This document shows positions 8,676 through 16,575 of a stretch of DNA of 64,000 nucleotides, piece after piece (within the stretch, counting starts at the first letter, position 1; each line of letters opens with the position of its first letter). Both the position numbers and the translations under genes were made by a program. The stretch covers positions 256,001-320,000 of IMG/VR virus record IMGVR_UViG_3300028886_000028; one strand, written 5' to 3'. Origin of the DNA: a virus. Taxonomy: Duplodnaviria; Caudoviricetes. The notes under the pieces were generated by a model that saw only the letters and a program-made list of their open reading frames with translations, was not told the origin of the DNA and ran no database searches.

Positions 8676-8850
8676 AAGGAACGTACAGCAAGTTTGTTTT
8701 AAATGTAATTTATTTATTTATTCAGACTGAAGCGAGAATAGAGAAGCACAAAATAATAATTGCGAGGCACTATTCTTATTTTTTACCGCAAATAATGAAG
8801 AATTTCATAATTTGCAAAGTCATTCCCGGACTTAAAAGGGCGTTCCTTAA
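8676..8850 (+). ncRNA. ACAGCAA cassette 6 (long, multi-hairpin cargo)
   Basis: Stem AAGGAACG/CGTTCCTT, TACAGCAA; includes AAGTC-ATTCCCG-GACTT hairpin. Confidence 0.75.
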
Positions 8851-8852
8851 AT

Positions 8853-8926
8853 GCACCAGTAACTCAGTGGATTAGAGTGTTTGATTACGAATCAAATGGG
8901 CGGGGGTTCGAGTCCCTCCTGGTGTA
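8853..8926 (+). tRNA. tRNA-Arg(ACG)
   Basis: TTTGA-TTACGAA-TCAAA arm. Confidence 0.92.
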
Positions 8927-9242
8927 CTAAAAAAAATTAAAAAAAGTTTTGTAAAAAACTATACTTTTCAAAATTAATTAATAATTATAGAAAAATAACT
9001 TCTAAAACTATGGCAAAAAACAGTAAACATAATGTATCATTTATCAATGCTGCGTTTATTTCTAATAAATGCATTGATAATAGTATGTCTACATCAGTCG
9101 TAGATTTTAGTCGAAAAGTTCATAAACAGCATAATTGTATGAGTACTTAGATTGCACTTACACTTCACTATAAATGCCAAGCTGTTGATGAACTCCTAAA
9201 AAAAGTTTTCAACAGCTTTTTTTTGATGTTAAAACAATTGTT

Positions 9243-9539
9243 ATGAAAAATAATTGCAATAGAACTAAGTTGTTTAGGTTTTTAAAAGAACGAAATATAT
9301 TTAAGCCTTTTATTAAGGCATTTTATGACGAATATCAAATTAATACAAGAGTTGAATGGTGTGACACAAGCCATAAATTTAACGGCCATGTACCCGCATC
9401 AATTTATGATTATTGCTATGAAATAAATTGTATTGAAGAAATTATCAATTACGCTTTTGAATGGGAAAAAACAGCACAGGGGTATGATTTTTGGTCAAGG
9501 GTAAATAGAGAGTGGAGGTATTATTGCGATAGCAATTAA
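9243..9539 (+). CDS. Hypothetical protein, FLKE...F.W..T.QG..FW paralog family
   Basis: Motifs shared with 18729, 22428, 35068, 39243, 55220. Confidence 0.7.
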   Translation: MKNNCNRTKLFRFLKERNIFKPFIKAFYDEYQINTRVEWCDTSHKFNGHVPASIYDYCYEINCIEEIINYAFEWEKTAQGYDFWSRVNREWRYYCDSN

Positions 9540-9599
9540 TAAAATTTAACATAAAATATTTTGTTATCAAAATTTTTTTATGTATATTTGCGCAAAAAT

Positions 9600-9673
9600 T
9601 GGGAGTTAGCACAGTTGGTTAGTGCAGCTGACTGTTAATCAGCAGGTCGTGGGTTCGAGTCCCACACTCCCAG
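9600..9673 (+). tRNA. tRNA-Asn(GTT)
   Basis: GCTGA-CTGTTAA-TCAGC arm, G73. Confidence 0.95.
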
Positions 9674-9680
9674 CACAAAT

Positions 9681-10519
9681 GGTGAGGTGGCAGAGTGGTC
9701 GATTGCACCGGTCTTGCGCCTAATTCGAGTGCTATGGCGAAAAATCCCATAGTAGAATCTCCCTAAAACGGTGGAAGTCCTTTGAGACTCCTATGAGAAT
9801 CCTTGTTGATTCAATAATGAGGTGACAATAATAACAAACACTAACCAATAATGTGTAAGGATAATACCGTGCTAAATTGAGAATAATACTAAAATTTATC
9901 ATATATGAGATAACAAATAGAGGAAACTAAATATGGTACTTGCGCAAAATTTTAGTTAGTATTAAAAATGAGTTGTATTCTTATATGGTAGACAGCCATT
10001 AAGTTGAGACGCTTAGTATAAATATGAGCATCAGGCGAGAGTGGGTTCAAACACCACCAACTCATTTATAAATTGAAAAGCATACAGAATATCCAAAAGT
10101 ATGTAAAAAGACGATGGTGCAACATAGTCAATTTTTAATTTATTTCTCATAAATGTGTAGAGAGTATATAGGAGATACCTAAGTTGAAATTAATTTGAGG
10201 GAAAGTACTCAGCGTAGTAATACGTAATACATGAAAATTGTATTTTAAAGGAGGTTTGCCAATTGGGATAGCCCTATCAAATTACTTGCAAGAATTTCAA
10301 TATGGTAAATATGTATTCCAGACTACAACGAACATAGGAGAAATAGCGAGGAGATAGTTCAAGACTAGAGCAGCAGTTCTTGTAAACTGAAGACAGTGGG
10401 TGTAATTCCCACACTTTTCGCCACGACTTTCTTCTAAATTTGGTTATGGCAACATAAAGTAGCAAGGAAAACCGGCGGACGTGACGAGCGTTCCGGGGGT
10501 TCGAATCCCTCCCTCACCG
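9681..10519 (+). tRNA. tRNA-Ser(TGA), split by intron (exon1 9681-9715, exon2 10467-10519)
   Basis: Joining CCGGTCTT|GAAAACCGG restores CCGGT-CTTGAAA-ACCGG; GGTGAGG/CCTCACC acceptor, long variable arm, G73. Confidence 0.9.
9716..10466 (+). mobile_element. Group I intron (ORF-less, 751 nt) in tRNA-Ser anticodon loop
   Basis: 5' exon ends in U, intron ends in G; P/Q/R/S-like blocks AAAACGGTGGAA, AATACCGTGCTAA, GTAGAGAGTATATAGGAGA, AATATGTATTCCAG. Confidence 0.85.
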
Positions 10520-10522
10520 CAT

Positions 10523-10873
10523 ATGATAAAACTTGAACATTTTAAAAAAGGCAATTATTATTATATAAATGCTTATAGTGGTGATACTAGAGTTGGAAAA
10601 CTTGGTATTGAATACAGAGGAAGCCAAAATATACATATTAATTATGTTATCACTAGCGTAAGTTACACCGGAAAAGGTATTGCTACTATGATGATTAACA
10701 AGGCTATTGAATTATTTAAAGGATATGATATAAGTCTTTATGTAGTACCAATGCCTAGGAGTGAAGAAAAAATTAAATATAAAACAATAAAAGGCCTTTC
10801 TGAATTTTACAATAAGTTTGGGTTTGTTCGTACTGATGACCCTTGTTTAGTTGAAATGATATTAAAAAGATGA
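10523..10873 (+). CDS. GNAT-family acetyltransferase
   Basis: SYTGKGIATMMI and FYNKFGF motifs; start set to ATG after the tRNA. Confidence 0.8.
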   Translation: MIKLEHFKKGNYYYINAYSGDTRVGKLGIEYRGSQNIHINYVITSVSYTGKGIATMMINKAIELFKGYDISLYVVPMPRSEEKIKYKTIKGLSEFYNKFGFVRTDDPCLVEMILKR

Positions 10874-10945
10874 AAATAAAACAGAAAACATATAAACAGA
10901 TGTAAGTCTGCGTCAGTTAAGAGTTATGACGCAGTTATGTAAAAT

Positions 10946-11019
10946 GCGCTCGTAGCTCAGCTGGTAGATGCACAACACTTTTAATGTTGGGGTCCTGGGT
11001 CCGAGTCCCAGCGGGCGCA
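10946..11019 (+). tRNA. tRNA-Lys(TTT)
   Basis: CAACA-CTTTTAA-TGTTG arm. Confidence 0.9.
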
Positions 11020-11218
11020 CTAAAATGTTACTATTATACGACATTTTATAGAAACTTTTAAGGATGTTTAATTTAAAGTATTTGAAAATTATGTTGACAT
11101 TTATTTTCGGTGCAGCAGTAGGCGCAGTCGCTTATAGCTGGTGGACTAAGCGATAAGTCCAAAAACATGGAGAGTAAGGTGGCGCACTCCGCCAATTAAA
11201 ACGTCACAATTATAAAAT

Positions 11219-11293
11219 TCCGTGATGGTGTAGGTGGTTGTTGCTCGTTGGACTGAAAATCCAAAGGCCCTTGTTCAACTCAAGGTCGCGGAA
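11219..11293 (+). tRNA. tRNA-Phe(GAA), atypical D arm
   Basis: TTGGA-CTGAAAA-TCCAA arm, CCTTG/CAAGG T stem. Confidence 0.82.
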
Positions 11294-11549
11294 CAAATAA
11301 AAAGTTGAAATTTATCTGTGGAATACAAACACGTTCAATCCAAGCAAGAAGGGGAACGATTTATAGGTATCAATCATAGACAGATAAAAATCTTGCAAGT
11401 ATTTCAGCTTTACTTTTAATGGTATGAGATAAACTAAGGGCTTATGTGAGGTTGTCACGAGCGTAGCATAGGAGGTGCAAGCCCACGTTTCACGAAGCTC
11501 AATGATTGACATCTATTTGTGACGTGGTTGTTTATCAATTGCCATATAT

Positions 11550-11632
11550 GGATGCGTGTAAGGACTCCTCTGGGGAGTGACCGTGTGATTGACATCAGGT
11601 AACAAACATAGGTTCGAATCCTATTGCATCCA
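11550..11632 (+). ncRNA. tRNA-like element (intact acceptor and T arm, non-canonical middle)
   Basis: GGATGCG/TGCATCC, ATAGG-TTCGAAT-CCTAT. Confidence 0.55.
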
Positions 11633-11813
11633 CAAATGCTTGATAATGAGTTTGGAGCAGTTAAAAAGGTGTGTGAAGCTCTAAATTAGTAGTTAGGCGG
11701 TATTATGTATGTGCTCTCGAAAGATTGAGCTGATTTAATATCGGTTAATGAACATGAAACAATTTCTCATTTCCGCAAGCATCAATAAAAATTGGGATGA
11801 AGATTAAGTAGTA

Positions 11814-11897
11814 GACATGCATGGGTATTCAAGCGGCTGAAGCGCCTAGTATTACAAACTAGTACACCATACGTATGTTCGAATCCTATTGCATCCA
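11814..11897 (+). pseudogene. Degenerate tRNA
   Basis: CTAGT-ATTACAA-ACTAG arm but poorly paired T and acceptor stems; 3' 25 nt duplicate 11612-11636. Confidence 0.5.
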
Positions 11898-12047
11898 CAA
11901 AAGGTGTTCGAAAAAACGTAGTTCGAAATGCGTTGAAGTAGATTAAATGTGGAAAGTCGTACCCTTCCGAGCAGACGTGTTTTCCACGCCTCGTTTGGGC
12001 TAAAGTGGGCAGAGATTCACGCCTCCAACACAGCATCTTTTTTATAT

Positions 12048-12127
12048 AGGGTATTAGCTCAGTTGGTTTAGAGCGTCTGACTTACATTCAGAAGGTTTCG
12101 TGGGTTCGATTCCCTCATACCCTACCA
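12048..12127 (+). tRNA. tRNA-Val(TAC), encoded CCA
   Basis: TCTGA-CTTACAT-TCAGA arm. Confidence 0.92.
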
Positions 12128-12251
12128 AGGAAACTAACAGCAAGGTTAAAAATGGCTTGTAACCCGTGGGTCACAGGTTCGAATCCTGTCTTAGGCTTTA
12201 AAAGTCTGGGTAGCTCAGTTGGCAGAGCAACGTTAATAAAATGTTTCCTAA
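12127..12251 (+). ncRNA. ACAGCAA cassette 7 carrying circularly permuted tRNA-Thr(TGT)
   Basis: Stem AGGAAAC/GTTTCCT; 3' part 12154-12197, linker TTAAAA, 5' part 12204-12232. Confidence 0.88.
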
Positions 12252-12255
12252 AAAT

Positions 12256-12329
12256 GTTGGTGTAGCTTAGTTGGTTAAAGCATTTGACTGATATTCAAAA
12301 GACCGGGGGTCCGAGTCCCTCCATCAACA
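12256..12329 (+). tRNA. tRNA-Ile(GAT)
   Basis: TTTGA-CTGATAT-TCAAA arm. Confidence 0.92.
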
Positions 12330-12344
12330 CACAATACAATTTTT

Positions 12345-12416
12345 GGGCTGTATAGTGTAAAGGCTAACACGAGACTTTTGCAAAGTCTAATTGCGGTTCG
12401 AGTCCGATACGGTCCA
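12345..12416 (+). tRNA. tRNA-Ala(TGC)
   Basis: AGACT-TTTGCAA-AGTCT arm, G3.U70. Confidence 0.85.
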
Positions 12417-12422
12417 CTAGAC

Positions 12423-12502
12423 AAGGGAACTAACAGCAAGTTATTATTTATGTTAAAACATCAGACTGCAAATTTGAAAACGTTGAACAAATAGTTCCCT
12501 AA
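12423..12502 (+). ncRNA. ACAGCAA cassette 8 (cargo: Cys-GCA anticodon stem-loop)
   Basis: Stem AGGGAACTA/TAGTTCCCT; CAGA-CTGCAAA-TTTG at 12462-12476. Confidence 0.8.
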
Positions 12503-12516
12503 TATTCATATTAAAC

Positions 12517-12924
12517 GGGCCTAAATTGGTATAGATTGGCAGTAGTTTGGTAGAAATCAAGCAGTGGGCATACACTAGAAATAGCAAAAAAAATATAAAC
12601 GGCGAGAATGTAGATTCTCCTGCTTATGCTTACGCAATGGCTGCGTAAGGCATGAGTCGAGAGACTAGGCTCTTAGGAACAGAACATCCTAGTAATTTTT
12701 CTTAGCGTTGTACGTTAAGATGGTGGAACTGATGACTTCTAGTCATCCCCTAGTTTTCCTCGTTTTCACAAAATGAGGTGGCGGTGAGTTAACTTTCCAA
12801 TGTTTTCCTCGTTTTCTCAAAATGAGGTGGTCTCAAAGGCGGTGTCTTCGGACACTTTGGGTAAGCTTGTATAAATTTCTATGGAACACTGAACAAGACG
12901 AGGGTTCAACTCCCTCTAGGTCCA
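12517..12924 (+). ncRNA. ssrA: tmRNA
   Basis: GGGCCTA/TAGGTCC acceptor with G3.U70, T arm GAGGG-TTCAACT-CCCTC, tag ORF 12601-12648 GENVDSPAYAYAMAA*. Confidence 0.93.
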
Positions 12925-13100
12925 CTAAATACTAAAAAAAAACTTATGAAACATTTTAGCGAAGGAAATCAAGAAGAAGAGTATGATTCTATGAAAGAAT
13001 ATGAAACTAACATACCTTCTCATTTTAAAGACGATTAAAAAAGTAACTTAAAATTTCTTTTTTACAATTTTTTTATGTATATTTGCAAAAAATATTGGTT

Positions 13101-13352
13101 ATGGGAAAAATTTTAGATGCAGAATTTAGAAAAGAACTTTATAAAAATCTTGTAGAGGCCGGGTATGAAAAGACAGAGGCTCAAAAGATTGTTGGTAAAA
13201 AGTATTATGGAGAGTTGCATGAAGAAGTAAAGAAGGAAGTTGATGTGTTTTTAAATGCATTAGTAAAAGAGGATTTTAGTGTTGTTTTTGATTGCGATTC
13301 AGTGACAAAGAAAGTAGAAGAACTTAAAAAGTTAAAAGAATTACTTAGTTAA
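13101..13352 (+). CDS. Hypothetical protein
   Basis: ORF after TATATTTG promoter; ATG start chosen. Confidence 0.7.
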   Translation: MGKILDAEFRKELYKNLVEAGYEKTEAQKIVGKKYYGELHEEVKKEVDVFLNALVKEDFSVVFDCDSVTKKVEELKKLKELLS

Positions 13353-13358
13353 TAATAT

Positions 13359-13431
13359 TGTGGGGTAGAGCAGTTGGTAGCTTGTCAGACTCATAATCTG
13401 GAGGTCGTGGGTTCGAGTCCCACCCCCGCTA
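13359..13431 (+). tRNA. tRNA-Met(CAT), initiator-like
   Basis: 1:72 mismatch, GAGC/GCTT D stem, CTCATAA loop; lacks the three G-C anticodon-stem pairs. Confidence 0.88.
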
Positions 13432-13443
13432 CTTTATAAATAC

Positions 13444-13575
13444 AAGGAAGTTGACAGCAAACGATAAGAAATTTTCCCAAGCCGGAGGTCGTTGGTTCGA
13501 ATCCAACTAGGAATTGTGTTTATCCTATAGCTCAGATGGTTTAGAGCGCCAGCTATTTCATTTAATGCTTCCTAA
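13444..13575 (+). ncRNA. ACAGCAA cassette 9 carrying circularly permuted tRNA-Gly(CCC)-like body
   Basis: Stem AGGAAGT/GCTTCCT; 3' part 13474-13512, 5' part 13523-13553. Confidence 0.85.
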
Positions 13576-13578
13576 AAT

Positions 13579-13655
13579 AGCCTCAGGGGATGCTAGGCGT
13601 GTCCGTCACTCTGTCACAGTGTTCAATCAGGTGGGTTCGAATCCCATTGGGGCTG
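13579..13655 (+). tRNA. tRNA-Asp(GTC)
   Basis: CACT-CTGTCAC-AGTG arm, G73. Confidence 0.85.
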
Positions 13656-13682
13656 CGTAGTATAAAACGTTTCCTAAAATAT

Positions 13683-13756
13683 GGTGTACGTGGTTGAGTG
13701 GTTTAGGCGCAAGATTGTGGTTCTTGTCTACGCAGGTTCGAATCCTGTCGTACACC
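13683..13756 (+). tRNA. tRNA-His(GTG)
   Basis: G-1:C73, CAAGA-TTGTGGT-TCTTG arm. Confidence 0.92.
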
Positions 13757-13944
13757 CTAGAATAATTTAATATTTTTAAATAAAATTAGTTATGAAAAGT
13801 TTTTGGTAGATTATCAATCAGTTTTGGTAGCTGAATCGTGTTCGTGGTACTCCTAGAGTTAATTTATTATCATCGAGTGAAAATAAGGGCGATAATAGTC
13901 CTTTTACAACATTAGAAAAATATAATAAATTAATATTAGGAATT

Positions 13945-14259
13945 ATGGAAAAATTACAATTTACAGACAAAGCAACCACAAAAGAACAGTATTTAAAGTT
14001 CAAGGAGTATATTAAGCAAAATTGTCACGGTCACGCTGCTTATGTAGCATACTACATTTTCAAGCATCGTATTGAAGGTGAAAAACGTGATGAATATCTT
14101 GAAGACGAGGTTAGACATCGTTGTTGGAAAGGCCTTTATCATGGTAGAATTCTACTCAGTGGTGGAGACATGACAGAAAACTATGCAATACCACTCTTTA
14201 AGAATAGGGTAATTAGAAAGTATAACGAATTTGCTGACCCAGATGGAAAAGAAAAATAA
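13945..14259 (+). CDS. Hypothetical protein
   Basis: 104-aa ORF. Confidence 0.7.
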   Translation: MEKLQFTDKATTKEQYLKFKEYIKQNCHGHAAYVAYYIFKHRIEGEKRDEYLEDEVRHRCWKGLYHGRILLSGGDMTENYAIPLFKNRVIRKYNEFADPDGKEK

Positions 14260-14539
14260 GTTATACGTATTAATTGACAAATCCCTTGATGCTGTATACG
14301 GTTGTGTTCAAGGTGGTCACGCAGTGGCGCAATGGTTACTTGAACATGATTATGGTTGGGAAAACGAGTACTTGATTTATTTGAGTGCTGATGTCTATAA
14401 GTGGAAAAACAAGTTATCTGTTCTTGGTGTCGGTTATACTGAATTTAAAGAACCAGACCTTGACAATAAAACCACATCTTTAGCTGTATTAGGGCACGAT
14501 AAGTTATTTAAGAAATTAAAATTAATCAGTGCTAATTAA
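14243..14539 (+). CDS. Peptidyl-tRNA hydrolase II (PTH2)-like protein
   Basis: LYVLIDKSL...VQGGHAVAQW...F.EPDLDN..TSLA pattern. Confidence 0.7.
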   Translation: MEKKNKLYVLIDKSLDAVYGCVQGGHAVAQWLLEHDYGWENEYLIYLSADVYKWKNKLSVLGVGYTEFKEPDLDNKTTSLAVLGHDKLFKKLKLISAN

Positions 14540-14568
14540 GCGTTACGGCTGTAGAAATACAGCCTATT

Positions 14569-14645
14569 GGCCCTATGGCAGAGTGGTCGATTGCGGTCGC
14601 TTCTAAACCGATTTATCATCGTGGGTTCGAATCCTACTAGGGTCA
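14569..14645 (+). tRNA. Amber suppressor tRNA (CTA)
   Basis: GGCCCTA/TAGGGTC acceptor; GTCGC-TTCTAAA-CCGAT puts CTA (14603-14605) in the loop centre. Confidence 0.75.
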
Positions 14646-14829
14646 CTACGGCTTGGTGTATCCATTGAGATACTGAAATAGGTTAGACAAGCACAAGTCA
14701 CGTAAGAAATGACAGGCAGGCAGTAATGCTGTGCGAGGATTAGTCCCTTGCTCTAATCTCTTGATGGTAATAGAGACCTTTTTAAGTTAGAGGTTAAACT
14801 TATATTTTTTTAAAAAAGTATTAATAATT

Positions 14830-15078
14830 ATGGTAGTACAAGATATTAAGCCTTTAGTGAAAGGCATCGCTCAATTACAATATGTATTAGCCGGAGGTAT
14901 AGCAGTATATAAAATAATTGCTGTAGATGGCACGGAATATCAACTGGAAATAGATGTGAGCAATAAAAATGATGTTGGAGCAAGTGCTTCTTTTAATACA
15001 ACTGAAAAGGCTTTACTTCTAATGAGGTGGATAAGGAAAGCTAATGAAAATGATACTCTTATCAAAATAAAGGGCTAG
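14830..15078 (+). CDS. Hypothetical protein
   Basis: 82-aa ORF. Confidence 0.7.
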   Translation: MVVQDIKPLVKGIAQLQYVLAGGIAVYKIIAVDGTEYQLEIDVSNKNDVGASASFNTTEKALLLMRWIRKANENDTLIKIKG

Positions 15079-15152
15079 CAGTAAAAGGTTCATCCTAAAG
15101 CTCTATTCGTAGGAATGCTGAAGGACTGAGTGTTCGAATCACTCCTAGTCCA
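15072..15152 (+). ncRNA. tRNA-like element with Ala-type acceptor and T arm, no D stem
   Basis: GGGCTAG/CTAGTCC (G3.U70), A73, GAGTG-TTCGAAT-CACTC. Confidence 0.6.
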
Positions 15153-15170
15153 CAAATTTAAATAAAAGTT

Positions 15171-15359
15171 ATGGCTATAATAGTTACAAAACATGGAGAT
15201 AGAATGCTTCATGGAAAATGCACAAAATGTGGCTGCGAATTTTTGTATCAATTTACTGATATAGTATATGATTATGATAGAATTAATGCATATGATTCAG
15301 AATTAAGGTGCAAATATGTACGTTGCCCAGAATGTAATGCTGTTATAGGATTAGATTAA
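15171..15359 (+). CDS. Zinc-ribbon protein
   Basis: CTKCGC...CPEC. Confidence 0.65.
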   Translation: MAIIVTKHGDRMLHGKCTKCGCEFLYQFTDIVYDYDRINAYDSELRCKYVRCPECNAVIGLD

Positions 15360-15365
15360 ACAAAT

Positions 15366-15698
15366 ATGGGAGAAAAGTACACTTATAGTGGATTTGAAAA
15401 CAGAGAAACTTGCGAACATTTAAGAGCAGGAGAAACATGCAAAGTAACTGGTATAGGAAATAGTATGACACCAGTTCTTCAATCTCACCAACCTGTTATT
15501 TGCGAACCGGTTACTGTTGAAACTGAATTGAAGAAAAAAGACATTGTTCTTTGTAAAGTGAAAAGATATTATTATTTACATTTTATTCATGCAATAAAGA
15601 ATAATGGAGAACAGTTTCTAATAGGCAACAATCATGGTCGCATGAATGGTTGGATAAGCAGAAATCAGGTATATGGTAAAGTTATAGAGATACTTTAA
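15366..15698 (+). CDS. S24/S26 peptidase-like protein
   Basis: GNSMTP...DIVL...H...GNN...V.GKV. Confidence 0.65.
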   Translation: MGEKYTYSGFENRETCEHLRAGETCKVTGIGNSMTPVLQSHQPVICEPVTVETELKKKDIVLCKVKRYYYLHFIHAIKNNGEQFLIGNNHGRMNGWISRNQVYGKVIEIL

Positions 15699-16430
15699 AA
15701 ATCTCTTTTATACACCCTAGTAGTTTAAATCGTGAAAACTAGATGTATTCTAATGGTGAGTCGAATCATCCTGGGGCACTTTAGTCCTATTATTCCCTGA
15801 GAGTTGCCTAGCGTCACTCAAAGTAGTAGGTTTTGTGAATGGGTAACTGTATGAAATGGCTGTTTGTATCTTATCGTGTAGATGCATGGCACGTCATACA
15901 AACACAATGGAGATAAATCATGCAACTTATCATCCTTGTTCACACAAAGTACCCATTCAATTTTTTTAAAAGTTTGTGATAATTATGGATGGGTTTGATT
16001 ACAAAAATGGAGAACTAGTCTGTAAAAGATGCGGAAGCAGAAATGTATCAGTAAGAGCTGGTATGATGACAGACAGAGCGATATGTAATAGTTGTGGTAA
16101 TGAAGATTACATTTAACAAAAATTAATATTTTTAATTTCTTTTTTATAATTATTTTTTGTATATTTGCGTTGTAATAAGAAAAACATATGGCTTCGCTAT
16201 CAAGAAGTCAAAGGCATAACAGCCTATCGCATTTGTCCATAGCGCTTGTAACTTTGCGAACGGCGGGCTTTTCTCTAGTACAGCCTAAAAACTTGAGGGT
16301 TAGTTGTTTATCCACAAAGCAAGCACGGGTTCGAGGAAATTGGTGGTGCGTCTATAAATCCTCCGAATAACCCACGATAAGGGTGTCGTTTTGTCTGTTG
16401 TACGGCACTAGTAAAACAATAGATAATTAT

Positions 16431-16503
16431 GCTCCGTTAGCTCAGTTGGAAGAGCACTAGATTTGTAATCCTGAGGTCGTGGGTTCAAGTCCCGCACGGA
16501 GCT
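16431..16503 (+). tRNA. tRNA-Thr(TGT), mismatched anticodon stem
   Basis: GCTCCGT/ACGGAGC; CTAGA-TTTGTAA-TCCTG has 2 mismatches. Confidence 0.8.
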
Positions 16504-16575
16504 CAGAATAAGGGGGAGAGCCTGTAGTTACGGCAGAACAGCATTCGGCTTCTACGCCAACCTCCCCAAATTTTT

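Noticed and set aside
8642-8875. 77-aa ORF
   Set aside because: Overlaps two tRNAs and cassette 6.
10277-10465. Minus-strand ORF in the intron as a homing endonuclease
   Set aside because: Short, antisense, no nuclease motifs.
16188-16370. 60-aa ORF
   Set aside because: Composition atypical for this genome; region looks like structured RNA.
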